Below, in pieces: positions 9,722 through 18,603 of a stretch of 61,476 nt of DNA. Each line of letters starts with the position of its first letter. The stretch's first letter is position 1. The stretch lies in the NCBI GenBank assembly GCA_016931055.1, contig JAFGFL010000058.1:1-61476 (forward strand). The letters are read 5' to 3'. The translations under genes were made by a program, and so were the position numbers. Below the pieces are notes generated by a model. That model did no database searches. It had not been told where the DNA came from and saw nothing but the letters and a program-made list of their open reading frames with translations. The DNA is from Candidatus Omnitrophota bacterium (lineage in GTDB: Bacteria; Omnitrophota; Gorgyraeia; Zapsychrales; Zapsychraceae).

Positions 9722-10594
9722 ATGAATATTGAAAACAAAAGGCAGTTCGCCACAATCCTCTTGGCCGTCGGGCTTGGGCTGGTGGCAGCGATGCTGATGA
9801 GCAAGGTGGTCAGCGATAAGGTTGATCAACAGACAAAGATTATCGCGAAGGAATACCAGGGAAGAAGCGCCGCTTTGATCAAAGAAATGGATGAGACCAA
9901 GCAAACTTTGAAAAAATTGGCGAAAGACCATGCGGAACTTGCTAAACGGGTCGCGCAACAACCCAAAACGATTGTGCAGCAAACCGCCGCCCCCACTCCT
10001 GAGAAGCCAACCATTCAGGAGATGGCATTTTCTTTACGGACTCCGCCGGGCAAAAGGGCCATCACGATCAGCATCAATGCCCTTTCAGCGGTCGGCGGCC
10101 TCTTGAATCCCGGAGATTTTGTCGACATCATCGGGCATCTGGACCTTCCGGACGGGAATGATCAATCTTCTGCGAAGAAACAAACAGCAAAGGGAGAAGA
10201 AAAAGTCATAACCGTTTTGTTCCAGAATATCCAGGTATTGGCCGTCGGGACCAACTATAACCCGATGGGAGAGATCCCTCCGTACGAAACGCAGCAAAAG
10301 GCAAAGACGTTAAACGTGACATTGGCCGTAAGCCCTGAGGAGGCAGGCCTTTTGACTTTTGCCGAAGCGCACGGGGAGCTTCAACTGTCGTTGAGGTCGC
10401 CGGCAGAGACAGAAGAACGGGTGTTACAGCAAGTTGCTTCTTGGGACGCATTATCAGAATTTGTTTTGGAGCAGCAGGGGACAGATTTGAAGGTCCCCGT
10501 GAAAAAATCAACGATCGCACCGGGAGGCGAAGAAGAAGTAGGAGAAGAAACCAAACCATTTATCCAGATCTTCCGGGGAGGCAGGGAGCTATAA
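9722..10594 (+). CDS. cpaB: Flp pilus assembly protein CpaB/RcpC
   Basis: N-terminal TM helix. C-terminal RcpC/CpaB signature 'PGKRAITISINALSAVGGLLNPGDFVDIIGH...VLAVG...VTLAVSPEEAGLLTFAEAHGELQLSLR'. A coiled-coil region replaces the usual SAF domain. Confidence 0.75.
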   Translation: MNIENKRQFATILLAVGLGLVAAMLMSKVVSDKVDQQTKIIAKEYQGRSAALIKEMDETKQTLKKLAKDHAELAKRVAQQPKTIVQQTAAPTPEKPTIQEMAFSLRTPPGKRAITISINALSAVGGLLNPGDFVDIIGHLDLPDGNDQSSAKKQTAKGEEKVITVLFQNIQVLAVGTNYNPMGEIPPYETQQKAKTLNVTLAVSPEEAGLLTFAEAHGELQLSLRSPAETEERVLQQVASWDALSEFVLEQQGTDLKVPVKKSTIAPGGEEEVGEETKPFIQIFRGGREL

Positions 10595-10597
10595 GTT

Positions 10598-12250
10598 ATG
10601 CGAATGGGCAGATTATTTAAGACAACGGCCGGTTTTGGAGTAGGACTATTTCTCTATCTGGCATTGGGGGCAAATCCTGTTATGGCGGATATGGATGAGC
10701 ATTCAGACACGTTAGATTCCATTTATGCCGATGAGATCTATATGGTCAAAGGAGAGCTTGTCACTTTGAAGGTTTATTCGCTGTCGAGGGTTTCGGTGAC
10801 AGACCCGATGATAGCGGACATTGCTGACGCCAATGATGAGGAAATTCTGTTGGTTGCCCAAAGGAGCGGGGAAACCGCCTTGTTCATTTGGGATGAGCAC
10901 GGGAAACGGACGCTCATGGTTTATGTCTATAACCGGAGCTTAGACCTTGTTGCGGACAGGACAAAAAGACTTCTTAAGGATGTTGGCATTCAGGGGCTGA
11001 AGATAACAGCAAATGAAAAGGAGGGGAAAGTTGTTATTACAGGGGAAGTGCCGGAAGATAAAAGAAGGCTTTATGATGAAATCGTCATGAGATTCAGCGA
11101 TGATATTATCAATCTTGTCGAAGAGGAAGTCATAGTGGACCTTGTCCAGATCGATATGCAGATTACGGAACTGAGCACAACTCTTTCCGAGAGCCTAGGG
11201 ATTGATTGGTCCACAGGAAGCGTTCCGGGCATTGCCCCGCAATATGAGGAAGAAGTGCCAGACTTCGACGGCAGCATCAGCGATTTCTTTAAGATAGGGG
11301 ATTTTTATAGGACAGGGCAGCTGGTGGCCGCCGTTAATGCGCTGGTCACCGAAGGGAAAGGCCGCATCCTTTCGAAACCGAAGCTTGTGGTCATAAGCGG
11401 AGAAGAAGCAAGGTTCCTCGTTGGCGGTGAAATCCCCATCCGGACAACAACGTTTTCCGAATCGGGCTCCTCGCAGGAAAACGTGTCGTTCAAGGAATAC
11501 GGGATCAGCATGACCATCACTCCGACGATCAAGAAGGAAAAAGTGGATGTTGTTATGAATCTCGAAGTGAGCGAAATAGACGCTTCGACCGCGACAACGA
11601 TTTCCGAAGAAGTCGCTTTTTCAACGCGGTCCGCGAGCACGCATCTGTATCTGGATAACGGCCAAACGATCGTCCTTGCCGGCCTGATTAAACATCTGGA
11701 AAGCAAGACATTGAGCAAGGTTCCTTTTCTCGGCGATATCCCTATTTTGGGGCTGCTGTTCAGGAGCCGGGTTAATCCTGTCCCCCAACAGGACCAGGAG
11801 CTTGTCATCGCGTTAACCCCGTCTATCATGCGGCAGAAAGAATCGGCAGAATCCCAAAAGGCCCCTGTTGTTGAGGGAAAAAATGTGCTTCCGTTGGCGG
11901 CAAGAACTGCCCCGTCCTTTAAGGATGTGGCACCTTATTATTTGGGCATTCCTAAAGAAATGACCGGATATGTCCATAATGTTCAGCAGAAGATATCTCA
12001 AGCGATTGTGTACCCGAATGAAGCCCGGCAATACGGCTGGGAAGGAACGGTAAAGATAGGAATGCTGATTTTAAACGATGGCACGCTCGCTTTTGCTTTA
12101 ATCAAAGAATCTTCAGGGCATGATGTTTTCGATGAAGTCACTTTGAATACGACGAAAAAACTGGCACCTTTTGAGGCGTTCCCTCCCGACACGGACCTGC
12201 AGGAACTGAATGTCACAATACCTATTGTGTATAGTTTGCGTAACAATTAA
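10598..12250 (+). CDS. cpaC: CpaC/RcpA-type secretin with C-terminal TonB_C domain
   Basis: Signal peptide. Pilus N-terminal domain ('RVSVTDPMIADIA...EILLVAQRSGETALFIW'). Secretin core ('LSKPKLVVISGEEARFLVGGEIPI', 'VPFLGDIPILGLLFRS...ELVIALTPSI'). The last ~90 aa, 'IVYPNEARQYGWEGTVKIGMLILNDGTL...ESSGHDVFDEVTL', match the TonB C-terminal domain pattern. Confidence 0.8.
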   Translation: MRMGRLFKTTAGFGVGLFLYLALGANPVMADMDEHSDTLDSIYADEIYMVKGELVTLKVYSLSRVSVTDPMIADIADANDEEILLVAQRSGETALFIWDEHGKRTLMVYVYNRSLDLVADRTKRLLKDVGIQGLKITANEKEGKVVITGEVPEDKRRLYDEIVMRFSDDIINLVEEEVIVDLVQIDMQITELSTTLSESLGIDWSTGSVPGIAPQYEEEVPDFDGSISDFFKIGDFYRTGQLVAAVNALVTEGKGRILSKPKLVVISGEEARFLVGGEIPIRTTTFSESGSSQENVSFKEYGISMTITPTIKKEKVDVVMNLEVSEIDASTATTISEEVAFSTRSASTHLYLDNGQTIVLAGLIKHLESKTLSKVPFLGDIPILGLLFRSRVNPVPQQDQELVIALTPSIMRQKESAESQKAPVVEGKNVLPLAARTAPSFKDVAPYYLGIPKEMTGYVHNVQQKISQAIVYPNEARQYGWEGTVKIGMLILNDGTLAFALIKESSGHDVFDEVTLNTTKKLAPFEAFPPDTDLQELNVTIPIVYSLRNN

Positions 12251-12356
12251 CGACGAAACACACAGAGCAAAAGCGGCATCGGCCTAGATATGGGTTAACG
12301 AGTGGCATTCCTGAATAAGATAATACAAACTTTTATAACCGGTACAGAATTTTATT

Positions 12357-14537
12357 ATGAGCTCCAAGACAATCGCGGTCTTCAGCAACAAAGGCGGAGT
12401 AGGAAAAACATTTGTCGCTGTGAATTTGGCCACGGCCTTAGCCCACGCCAGGAGAAAGGTCCTTCTCCTCGATTTTGATTTCCAGGCGGGACAGGATATG
12501 GCCAGGATGCTCAACCTCTCCCCCCGCAATGCGATTGTCGATGTTCTGGCGGGATTTGAAGCCGACAGTAAAGCGGATATCAAAGAATACGCCGCCATCC
12601 ATTCCAGCGGCCTGCATTTCCTTCCGGTGGTCAAAAGCACCCAACAAATCGGACGGGTCACCCCGGAAAACATAAAACCTTTCTTTAAAAAAGCCGCGGC
12701 AGAGTATGATTACATCCTTGTCGATGCGGGCAGGTCGCTGAACGAAACATTGATTACGGTGTTCGATTATTCCAACCTGATCCTTCTGGTGTCAACTCCG
12801 GATATCTTGGCCGTCTACCAGGTCAAGAGGTCTCTCGACGTTTTGCAGAGCCTGCAGTTCCCTTTAAAAATGGTAAAGCTTATCTTGAACCGATCGGAAA
12901 GCCGGGGAAGCGTCGCTTGGCAGGAAGTGCGCTCGGCCTTGCCCTGCGAAATATTCAGCCATATCCCTTCGGACGGCAAAACGGTCGGGATAGCCTTAAA
13001 CCGGGGGATCCCTTGCGTTATCGACAGCCCGAAGAGCAAGGTGGCTGAAGCTTTTTTGAAGATGGTCCCGGTGCTCCGACGGGAAGATTTATACGTTCCC
13101 GCGACAGAGGTCGAGAAATTAAGGAACACGGAAGGGCTGGACAAGCCGGGACAGTTTTGGGAAAAGTTCGGGATCACGCAGCACGGCGCCGTGGAGGAAA
13201 AGGCGTATTCGAGCGAAGACGACGAGATCCTCCTTTTGAAGAAAAGGATCCATGAAAAACTTGTTGAGCGGCTGAACCTGGACGGGATCGCCGCCGAACT
13301 CTTAAGCAATCCGGAAGCCGTTGTCCATGTGAAGAAATCCGCCGAAGAGGTTGTGACCAATCTGCTGACCGATGAAGCCGGAGGGAAAATCGCTTCTTCG
13401 GAAGAGCGCCGGCGGCTGGTCAACGATATCGTCAACGAGGCCTTGGGCCTCGGCGCGCTCGAGGATTATCTTGCCGACCAGGACGTGACCGATATTATGG
13501 TCAACAGCAAGGATGAGCTCTATATCGAGAAAAACGGGAAACTGATCCTCACTAACAAGAGGTTTGTTTCGGATGAAAAAATGCGGTCCATCATTGAGAG
13601 GATCATCGCGCCGTTAGGCCGGCGCATCGATGAATCAACCCCCATGGTGGACGCGCGCCTTCCCGATGGGTCGAGGATTAACGCGATTATCCCGCCCTTG
13701 TCGCTCAATGGCCCGATGATCACCATACGGAAATTCGGCAAAGAAAGGCTGCAGGCCGGGGATTTGCTCCATAAGCACCATAGTTTGACGCAGGACATGT
13801 CCGATTTCCTGCATGCCTGTGTGCTTGGGCGCCAAAACATCATTGTTTCCGGAGGAACGGGCGCGGGCAAGACGACGCTTTTAAACGTTATTTCCGAATT
13901 TATCCCTGACGGAGAGCGCATCATTACCATCGAAGACGCGGCTGAGTTAAAGCTGAAAAAGAGCCATTGGGGGCGCCTTGAGTCCCGCCCGCCGAATATC
14001 GAAGGCAGAGGGGCGGTGACCATCCGGGACCTATTTATCAACAGCCTCCGCATGCGCCCTGACCGCATTGTCATCGGGGAATGCCGCGGCGCGGAAGTCT
14101 TGGACATGCTCCAGGCGATGAATACGGGCCACGACGGGTCCATGACAACGCTTCACGCCAATTCGACAAAGGATGTTTTGACCCGCATGCATTCGATGAT
14201 CCTCTTAAGCGGCATCGAGCTCCCGGTCCGGGCTATCAACGAAATGGTCTCATCGGCGATCAATATCATTGTCCACATAAACCGTTTTTCCGATGGGACA
14301 AGAAAAATCACCGGGATTACGGAAACGGAAGGCCTAAGCGAAGACTACCAGTTGAAACTCGCGGACATCTTTGTTTTTAAACAAACGGGGATCGACAGTG
14401 ACGGCCGGGTCCTCGGGGAATTCCAGCCCACGGGCCGTATCCCGCGCTGCTACGATGATTTTATCACAAGAGGCCTTCCGATTAACAAGGAAATGTTCCA
14501 GCCGAAAAAGAGCAGTGATATCCGGGAAGATGCTTAA
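12357..14537 (+). CDS. cpaF: CpaE/TadZ-like (MinD/ParA) - CpaF/TadA secretion ATPase fusion
   Basis: N-terminal deviant Walker A 'SNKGGVGKTF', as in MinD/ParA-type CpaE. The C-terminal part has Walker A 'GGTGAGKTTLLN', 'ITIEDAAEL', 'RMRPDRIVIGECRGAE' and 'NTGHDGSMTTLHAN', as in CpaF/VirB11-like ATPases. One 726-aa ORF. Confidence 0.85.
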   Translation: MSSKTIAVFSNKGGVGKTFVAVNLATALAHARRKVLLLDFDFQAGQDMARMLNLSPRNAIVDVLAGFEADSKADIKEYAAIHSSGLHFLPVVKSTQQIGRVTPENIKPFFKKAAAEYDYILVDAGRSLNETLITVFDYSNLILLVSTPDILAVYQVKRSLDVLQSLQFPLKMVKLILNRSESRGSVAWQEVRSALPCEIFSHIPSDGKTVGIALNRGIPCVIDSPKSKVAEAFLKMVPVLRREDLYVPATEVEKLRNTEGLDKPGQFWEKFGITQHGAVEEKAYSSEDDEILLLKKRIHEKLVERLNLDGIAAELLSNPEAVVHVKKSAEEVVTNLLTDEAGGKIASSEERRRLVNDIVNEALGLGALEDYLADQDVTDIMVNSKDELYIEKNGKLILTNKRFVSDEKMRSIIERIIAPLGRRIDESTPMVDARLPDGSRINAIIPPLSLNGPMITIRKFGKERLQAGDLLHKHHSLTQDMSDFLHACVLGRQNIIVSGGTGAGKTTLLNVISEFIPDGERIITIEDAAELKLKKSHWGRLESRPPNIEGRGAVTIRDLFINSLRMRPDRIVIGECRGAEVLDMLQAMNTGHDGSMTTLHANSTKDVLTRMHSMILLSGIELPVRAINEMVSSAINIIVHINRFSDGTRKITGITETEGLSEDYQLKLADIFVFKQTGIDSDGRVLGEFQPTGRIPRCYDDFITRGLPINKEMFQPKKSSDIREDA

Positions 14538-14560
14538 AGTTTGACCGCAGGAAAATCCGA

Positions 14561-14911
14561 TTGATAGCCATCACCAATACAACCAAGAATACGCTCATTG
14601 CCCGCAACGGGCGCTTGGCCGATACGTTCTTCTCCCGCATGATCGGCCTTCTTAACCGGCCTTGCCTCCCAAAGGACGAAGCCCTTATCATTACGTGCTG
14701 CCAATCGATTCATATGTTCTTCATGCGCTTTGCGATCGATGCCATTTTTGTAGACAAAAAGGATTGCGTGGTTGGCATTGTTAAAAGCATCAAACCATTC
14801 CGTTTAAGCCCAATTTTCTTTAAGGCAAGTTATGTCATCGAAGTCCCAGAAGGGGCTATTGTCCAATCTGAGACGTCTATCGGTGACAAAATCCAGGTAC
14901 AAAATAACTAA
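14561..14911 (+). CDS. DUF192 domain protein
   Basis: 116 aa with a TTG start. 'ADTFFSRMIGLLNR...IHMFFMRFAIDAIFVDKKDCVVGIV' fits the DUF192 pattern. Confidence 0.6.
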   Translation: MIAITNTTKNTLIARNGRLADTFFSRMIGLLNRPCLPKDEALIITCCQSIHMFFMRFAIDAIFVDKKDCVVGIVKSIKPFRLSPIFFKASYVIEVPEGAIVQSETSIGDKIQVQNN

Positions 14912-14942
14912 TCCAGGAAGACGATAGCGAAATTTTCAGGCT

Positions 14943-14970
14943 GTAGGGACAGGTCTAGACCTGTCCCTAC
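14943..14970. repeat. GTAGGG...CCCTAC palindromic (REP-like) hairpin
   Basis: Perfect 28-nt palindrome 'gtagggacaggtctagacctgtccctac', 32 nt after the DUF192 stop. Same outer arms as the elements at 27246 and 32611. Confidence 0.8.
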
Positions 14971-14999
14971 AAAAGAAGGATTTTTGCCAGACTTTAACA

Positions 15000-15027
15000 T
15001 TGACCTGGAACCTTTCCGTGCTATACT
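15000..15027 (+). promoter_or_regulatory. Candidate sigma70-type promoter
   Basis: TTGACC (15000-15005), a 16-nt spacer, then TATACT (15022-15027), 69 nt upstream of ATG 15096. Confidence 0.5.
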
Positions 15028-15095
15028 GAAATTAATATTAATGTCCAATCTGGGATTCTTGATATTCTACCTGTATATTGAGAGAATAAGGCGAT

Positions 15096-16991
15096 ATGGG
15101 CGTTATTCATAAACTCAAAAAAGATGTAGCTTCATTTATAATCACATTAAAGCAAAATAATCCCTCCATTGGGGTCCGCCAGCTTGCTTCATTAACGAGT
15201 GAACAATTCCACATACAAGTTTCCAAATCATCCGTAAACAATCTGCTAAAAAACAGCGGGATGAGCAGTTTGATAGGAAGAAGGCCGGGAAGCGTCGTAC
15301 GAGCAGAAAAATTCTCTATTCCGGAAGGAAAAAAAAGGCAGATTTCCAAGAGCCTGGAAGAAACAGGATTTATTAAGGAAGACGTCTCTTTGGCTGTTAA
15401 AAGGGAAGATGATCTGGATAAAAGGGAGCACAGAGAACAGCCGATAGCAGAGGAAAGCGCGGGAGGTCTATCGATCCCTGATTTGCCCATAAAGGAAAAA
15501 GTCCTTCCATTGGAAGGTGAGCCTATTAAGGAAAGACAAATTGTTAAAGAGAAGCCGTCGAAAAAAGAAATATTTGATGCCGAAAGATTTAAGGCTTTTG
15601 TTGAATCAGAACGCCGGAAGAAAAAGACGAATGGAATGCCGATTCCGGGAGGCTGCGGATTTATTTTCCTGAAAGCGGCGCAATGGGACATCTCAAGGCA
15701 TTCTTTGCCGGGGGAACTGATCAAAAAATATATCCGCGCTCCTGTTTCCCGGCATTTTGATGCTGTCAGCGACATGTTCCTGTTTTTTAAATTCCTGAGG
15801 GCCGAATCCATTGACCATTTTGCGGCGTACAGGGGCCATGGCCTGTGGGTATTTAACAATTTTTGCGCCTCTGACGGCAGTGAAGAAAAGGACCTGCTGG
15901 AGCTGCAGGAGCTGTTTCAATGGGAGAAAGCAATGAAAGCGGATCCGTCGGCGGAAAATCTTTTTATGGAATATGATAAGACCAAAGAACAAGCCTTCTT
16001 AGAGGTCAAAGGGTTTAAATTGCTGCTGGAAGATAAATCCGAACTGGCTATGGACGCCTCCATGGTCTCCTTCGAAAGCGGCGGCCGCATCCCGAGTTTT
16101 TCTTACAGCTCGTCTCCGGTCCAAAAGGCAATGGAGCGTTTATCGAATTGCCTGGTGAGCAATATCCAAAACGCTGTTTTCCAAAGGGCCCCGGGGGAGG
16201 ACAGGCTTGACAGGGCGTTTTATGATATGGCCGCTGTTTTCGAGAATGTTCCAGGAAAAAGGATCATTCGGGCAAGCGTTATCGATGAGCAGGATGAAGA
16301 AATCGCCGGGTTTTCAACCATTCCGTTTCAAAAAAGAAATTTTTTGATGGGAATCGGGCCGCAGCAAAAGGAATTCAGGGAATTGGCCGGGCAACAGAAG
16401 CAATCCGGGAAAGCCACTTTTTATCATGCTCAGACCGACAGGGTTTTCTATTACACAGAAGCTGAAACTGCCTTTTTGGGAAAACAGATCTATAGGGACA
16501 TAAAAGAAGCTAAGGCCGTCATGGTCTGGAAAGAGGGGGAAAATAATCCTTGTTGGGCCGTTTTGACCAATAACCGAAAGGGGGGCGGAAAGGATATCCT
16601 CAATACATATCTTTCACAGTGGCCATATTTGGGCGAAACCCTTAAAGAAGACCCTATTTTAATGCTGGATTCGGGCATAAAAGACCAAAATTTAGATAAA
16701 AAGAAAGAAAATTCAACGTTTGACATATTTGTCGATTTTGTTGAATCTCTGCACAGGTATTGTCAAAGATATTTCTTTCCAAAGGCTTACTGTAAAATTG
16801 ATATAACTCAATTAATTACAGGTATTTATAGTGTACCTGGCGCCTGTTGGGGATCGGCAGATTCTTTGAGGGTTTCATTGGATGTTGATAGGAATTCTGT
16901 CTATCGTAATGACCTTGAATATGCCGTCAAAAGGGTGAACGAACGGCATATTAGGGATTATTTGGACCGAAGGCTCTGGCTTGAAATCTGA
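15096..16991 (+). CDS. Hypothetical 631-aa protein with N-terminal HTH-like segment and Lys/Glu-rich linker
   Basis: Long ORF with an ATG start and its own promoter. The N-terminus 'SIGVRQLASLTSEQFHIQVSKSSVNNLLK' looks like a helix-turn-helix. aa ~70-180 are charged and low-complexity. The rest matches no family I recognise. Confidence 0.5.
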   Translation: MGVIHKLKKDVASFIITLKQNNPSIGVRQLASLTSEQFHIQVSKSSVNNLLKNSGMSSLIGRRPGSVVRAEKFSIPEGKKRQISKSLEETGFIKEDVSLAVKREDDLDKREHREQPIAEESAGGLSIPDLPIKEKVLPLEGEPIKERQIVKEKPSKKEIFDAERFKAFVESERRKKKTNGMPIPGGCGFIFLKAAQWDISRHSLPGELIKKYIRAPVSRHFDAVSDMFLFFKFLRAESIDHFAAYRGHGLWVFNNFCASDGSEEKDLLELQELFQWEKAMKADPSAENLFMEYDKTKEQAFLEVKGFKLLLEDKSELAMDASMVSFESGGRIPSFSYSSSPVQKAMERLSNCLVSNIQNAVFQRAPGEDRLDRAFYDMAAVFENVPGKRIIRASVIDEQDEEIAGFSTIPFQKRNFLMGIGPQQKEFRELAGQQKQSGKATFYHAQTDRVFYYTEAETAFLGKQIYRDIKEAKAVMVWKEGENNPCWAVLTNNRKGGGKDILNTYLSQWPYLGETLKEDPILMLDSGIKDQNLDKKKENSTFDIFVDFVESLHRYCQRYFFPKAYCKIDITQLITGIYSVPGACWGSADSLRVSLDVDRNSVYRNDLEYAVKRVNERHIRDYLDRRLWLEI

Positions 16992-17175
16992 GATCTTGCA
17001 GCCATCTTCCAGATTGGAGTTAGCTCCCTTATTAGAGATTTCTAAACGAATAGGATAGACCAAAGAAAATGCTTTCATATTCTAAAGGATTCTTTTTGTC
17101 TCCAGAACCTAGTCTGGGCGTAAGATTAGGGGAAATTCCTGAAACAAATTGTATAAAAACTATAGGATTGTGAAC

Positions 17176-17203
17176 TTGACAGGCAGATTCCATATGATAT
17201 ACT
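17176..17203 (+). promoter_or_regulatory. Near-consensus sigma70 promoter with no obvious ORF downstream
   Basis: TTGACA (17176-17181), a 16-nt spacer, then TATACT (17198-17203). Confidence 0.5.
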
Positions 17204-17422
17204 TTTGATGTAACTGCCTGCGTTTGAAAACGCTGGTTTTTAGTAAATTTTGAGATTTCCAAAGTTCGCGTTTTTTAATCAGAAGAGGCCATTCCTGAAA
17301 GAATTGGGAAATGGTCTCCTCCAAAGCCACGGGGAAAACAGTGAACGTTCTTGGATATAGATTTAGAGAAGCAAGACCATATTCTGCGCATACGTATTTC
17401 GCAGGAGCCAATGAGTAGTTTT

Positions 17423-17456
17423 AAGCCTCCATGTCTTTTTGGGAGGCTTTTTTGTT
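17423..17456 (+). terminator. Rho-independent terminator
   Basis: 8-bp stem AAGCCTCC/GGAGGCTT (17423-17430 / 17442-17449) followed by 'ttttgttgttg'. Confidence 0.7.
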
Positions 17457-17637
17457 GTTGTTCTTTTAAATGGCTAAATACGCCGAAAGGCGTTTTAATC
17501 CTTGGCTTGCTCGTTTAAGAGGCCGGGGATGCCGGCGGCCGAAAAGGCGCCGGCAATAAAGCCCTTTGGAATTCTGGCCTTACCAAGAAAGGTAAGGAAA
17601 GGGCAGGATTATTTGTGAGGCACGTAAGGTGGCCGCG

Positions 17638-17799
17638 ATGAGGCTAACAGGTAAATGGAATCATAAAGGTCAAAGTCTAATCGAATATGCCATGGTCGCG
17701 GCGATCGTTTCGGCAGCCATTATTGCCATGAGCACCTACGTGTACCGTTCGGTTCAGTCAACCCAGCAAATGATTCAAGAAGAATTCAGCAGTCATTAA
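17638..17799 (+). CDS. Flp-like pilin (53 aa; below the ORF-track size cutoff)
   Basis: Hand-translated: MRLTGKWNHKGQSLIEYAMVAAIVSAAIIAMSTYVYRSVQSTQQMIQEEFSSH*. It has the 'KGQSLIEY' prepilin motif plus a hydrophobic helix, with 'aaggtgg' upstream. Confidence 0.6.
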   Translation: MRLTGKWNHKGQSLIEYAMVAAIVSAAIIAMSTYVYRSVQSTQQMIQEEFSSH

Positions 17800-17933
17800 G
17801 TACCTTCAGCACGATTTTGTCAGCGCGGAAGTTATTTGTCCCAGGAGCAATCTTGGCCATTTAACCAGAGAGCGTGTCTGGCAAAGAAGTTTTGAAGGTA
17901 CTTTGAGCATAAAAATCTTAAGGAGGGAATACA

Positions 17934-18146
17934 ATGCTTAAAAGGAATATCATGTTAAGGCCTCAGAAGAAGAAAGGTCAAAGCACGGTTGAGTACATCA
18001 TCCTTGTTGCGGCGATCATCGGAGCGCTGATTATCTTCTTGCCGGGGACGTTTAAAACCGCATATAACGCCGCTTTAATGAGCGGTACCGATGGTATGGA
18101 GAACATGGCAAACCGGCTTGCTGAGTCCAGACCGTTGTCTCCGTAA
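17934..18146 (+). CDS. Flp-like pilin
   Basis: 'KKKGQSTVEYIILVAAIIGALIIF'. AAGGAGGG RBS. Confidence 0.7.
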   Translation: MLKRNIMLRPQKKKGQSTVEYIILVAAIIGALIIFLPGTFKTAYNAALMSGTDGMENMANRLAESRPLSP

Positions 18147-18181
18147 TTAAGCCTAATGATTAAAATCAGGAGGAAATATCA

Positions 18182-18547
18182 ATGTTTAGAAAATTGATGA
18201 AAAATAAGAAAGCGCAAAATACCGCCGAATATGCGATTCTCATATCGCTTGTTGTGGCCGGTATTATTGCCATGCAGACCTATGCTCAAAGAGCATTGCA
18301 GGCAAGGGTTCGCGACGCTGGGCAATACCTGAAGAGTGAAACAGAAATCCTAGGGTCAACGGTCCAGTACGAGCCTTATTACCTGGAAACGAATTATGAA
18401 GTTTTTCGTAATGAAAGTGATACACAGAGATTAGACAGCAATACGACCCGGCAAGAAACGGATTCAACAAGGACCCGGACACAGGATGGTTATCAGGTAT
18501 CTACTTATAACACAACAATGTACAACGCCCTTGTTAACGGCATCTAA
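18182..18547 (+). CDS. Pilin/pseudopilin-like protein
   Basis: 'KNKKAQNTAEYAILISLVVAGIIAMQTYAQRALQARVRDA'. AGGAGGA RBS. Confidence 0.65.
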   Translation: MFRKLMKNKKAQNTAEYAILISLVVAGIIAMQTYAQRALQARVRDAGQYLKSETEILGSTVQYEPYYLETNYEVFRNESDTQRLDSNTTRQETDSTRTRTQDGYQVSTYNTTMYNALVNGI

Positions 18548-18603
18548 TTTTTGCAGGAATAATCTTCTTCTTGTAAGGAGGTTAAACTTAGGAGGATAAA
18601 TCA

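Noticed and set aside
12284-12673. 129-aa minus-strand ORF overlapping the cpaEF start region
   Set aside because: It is antisense to the MinD-like Walker A region of a well-supported gene.
11305-14143. Minus-strand ORFs 11305-11829, 12815-13435 and 13520-14143 (174-207 aa)
   Set aside because: They are antisense to the motif-rich secretin and CpaE-CpaF genes and have no motifs of their own.
15107-15859. 250-aa minus-strand ORF
   Set aside because: It lies entirely antisense to the 631-aa + strand ORF, which has a promoter and an ATG start. The Ser/Leu-rich composition is typical of an antisense shadow.
17457-17637. c-di-GMP-I (GEMM) riboswitch upstream of the first pilin
   Set aside because: There is only loose resemblance by eye, and the conserved GGGACGCAAAGCC-type core is absent. 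It is reported only as a structured leader.
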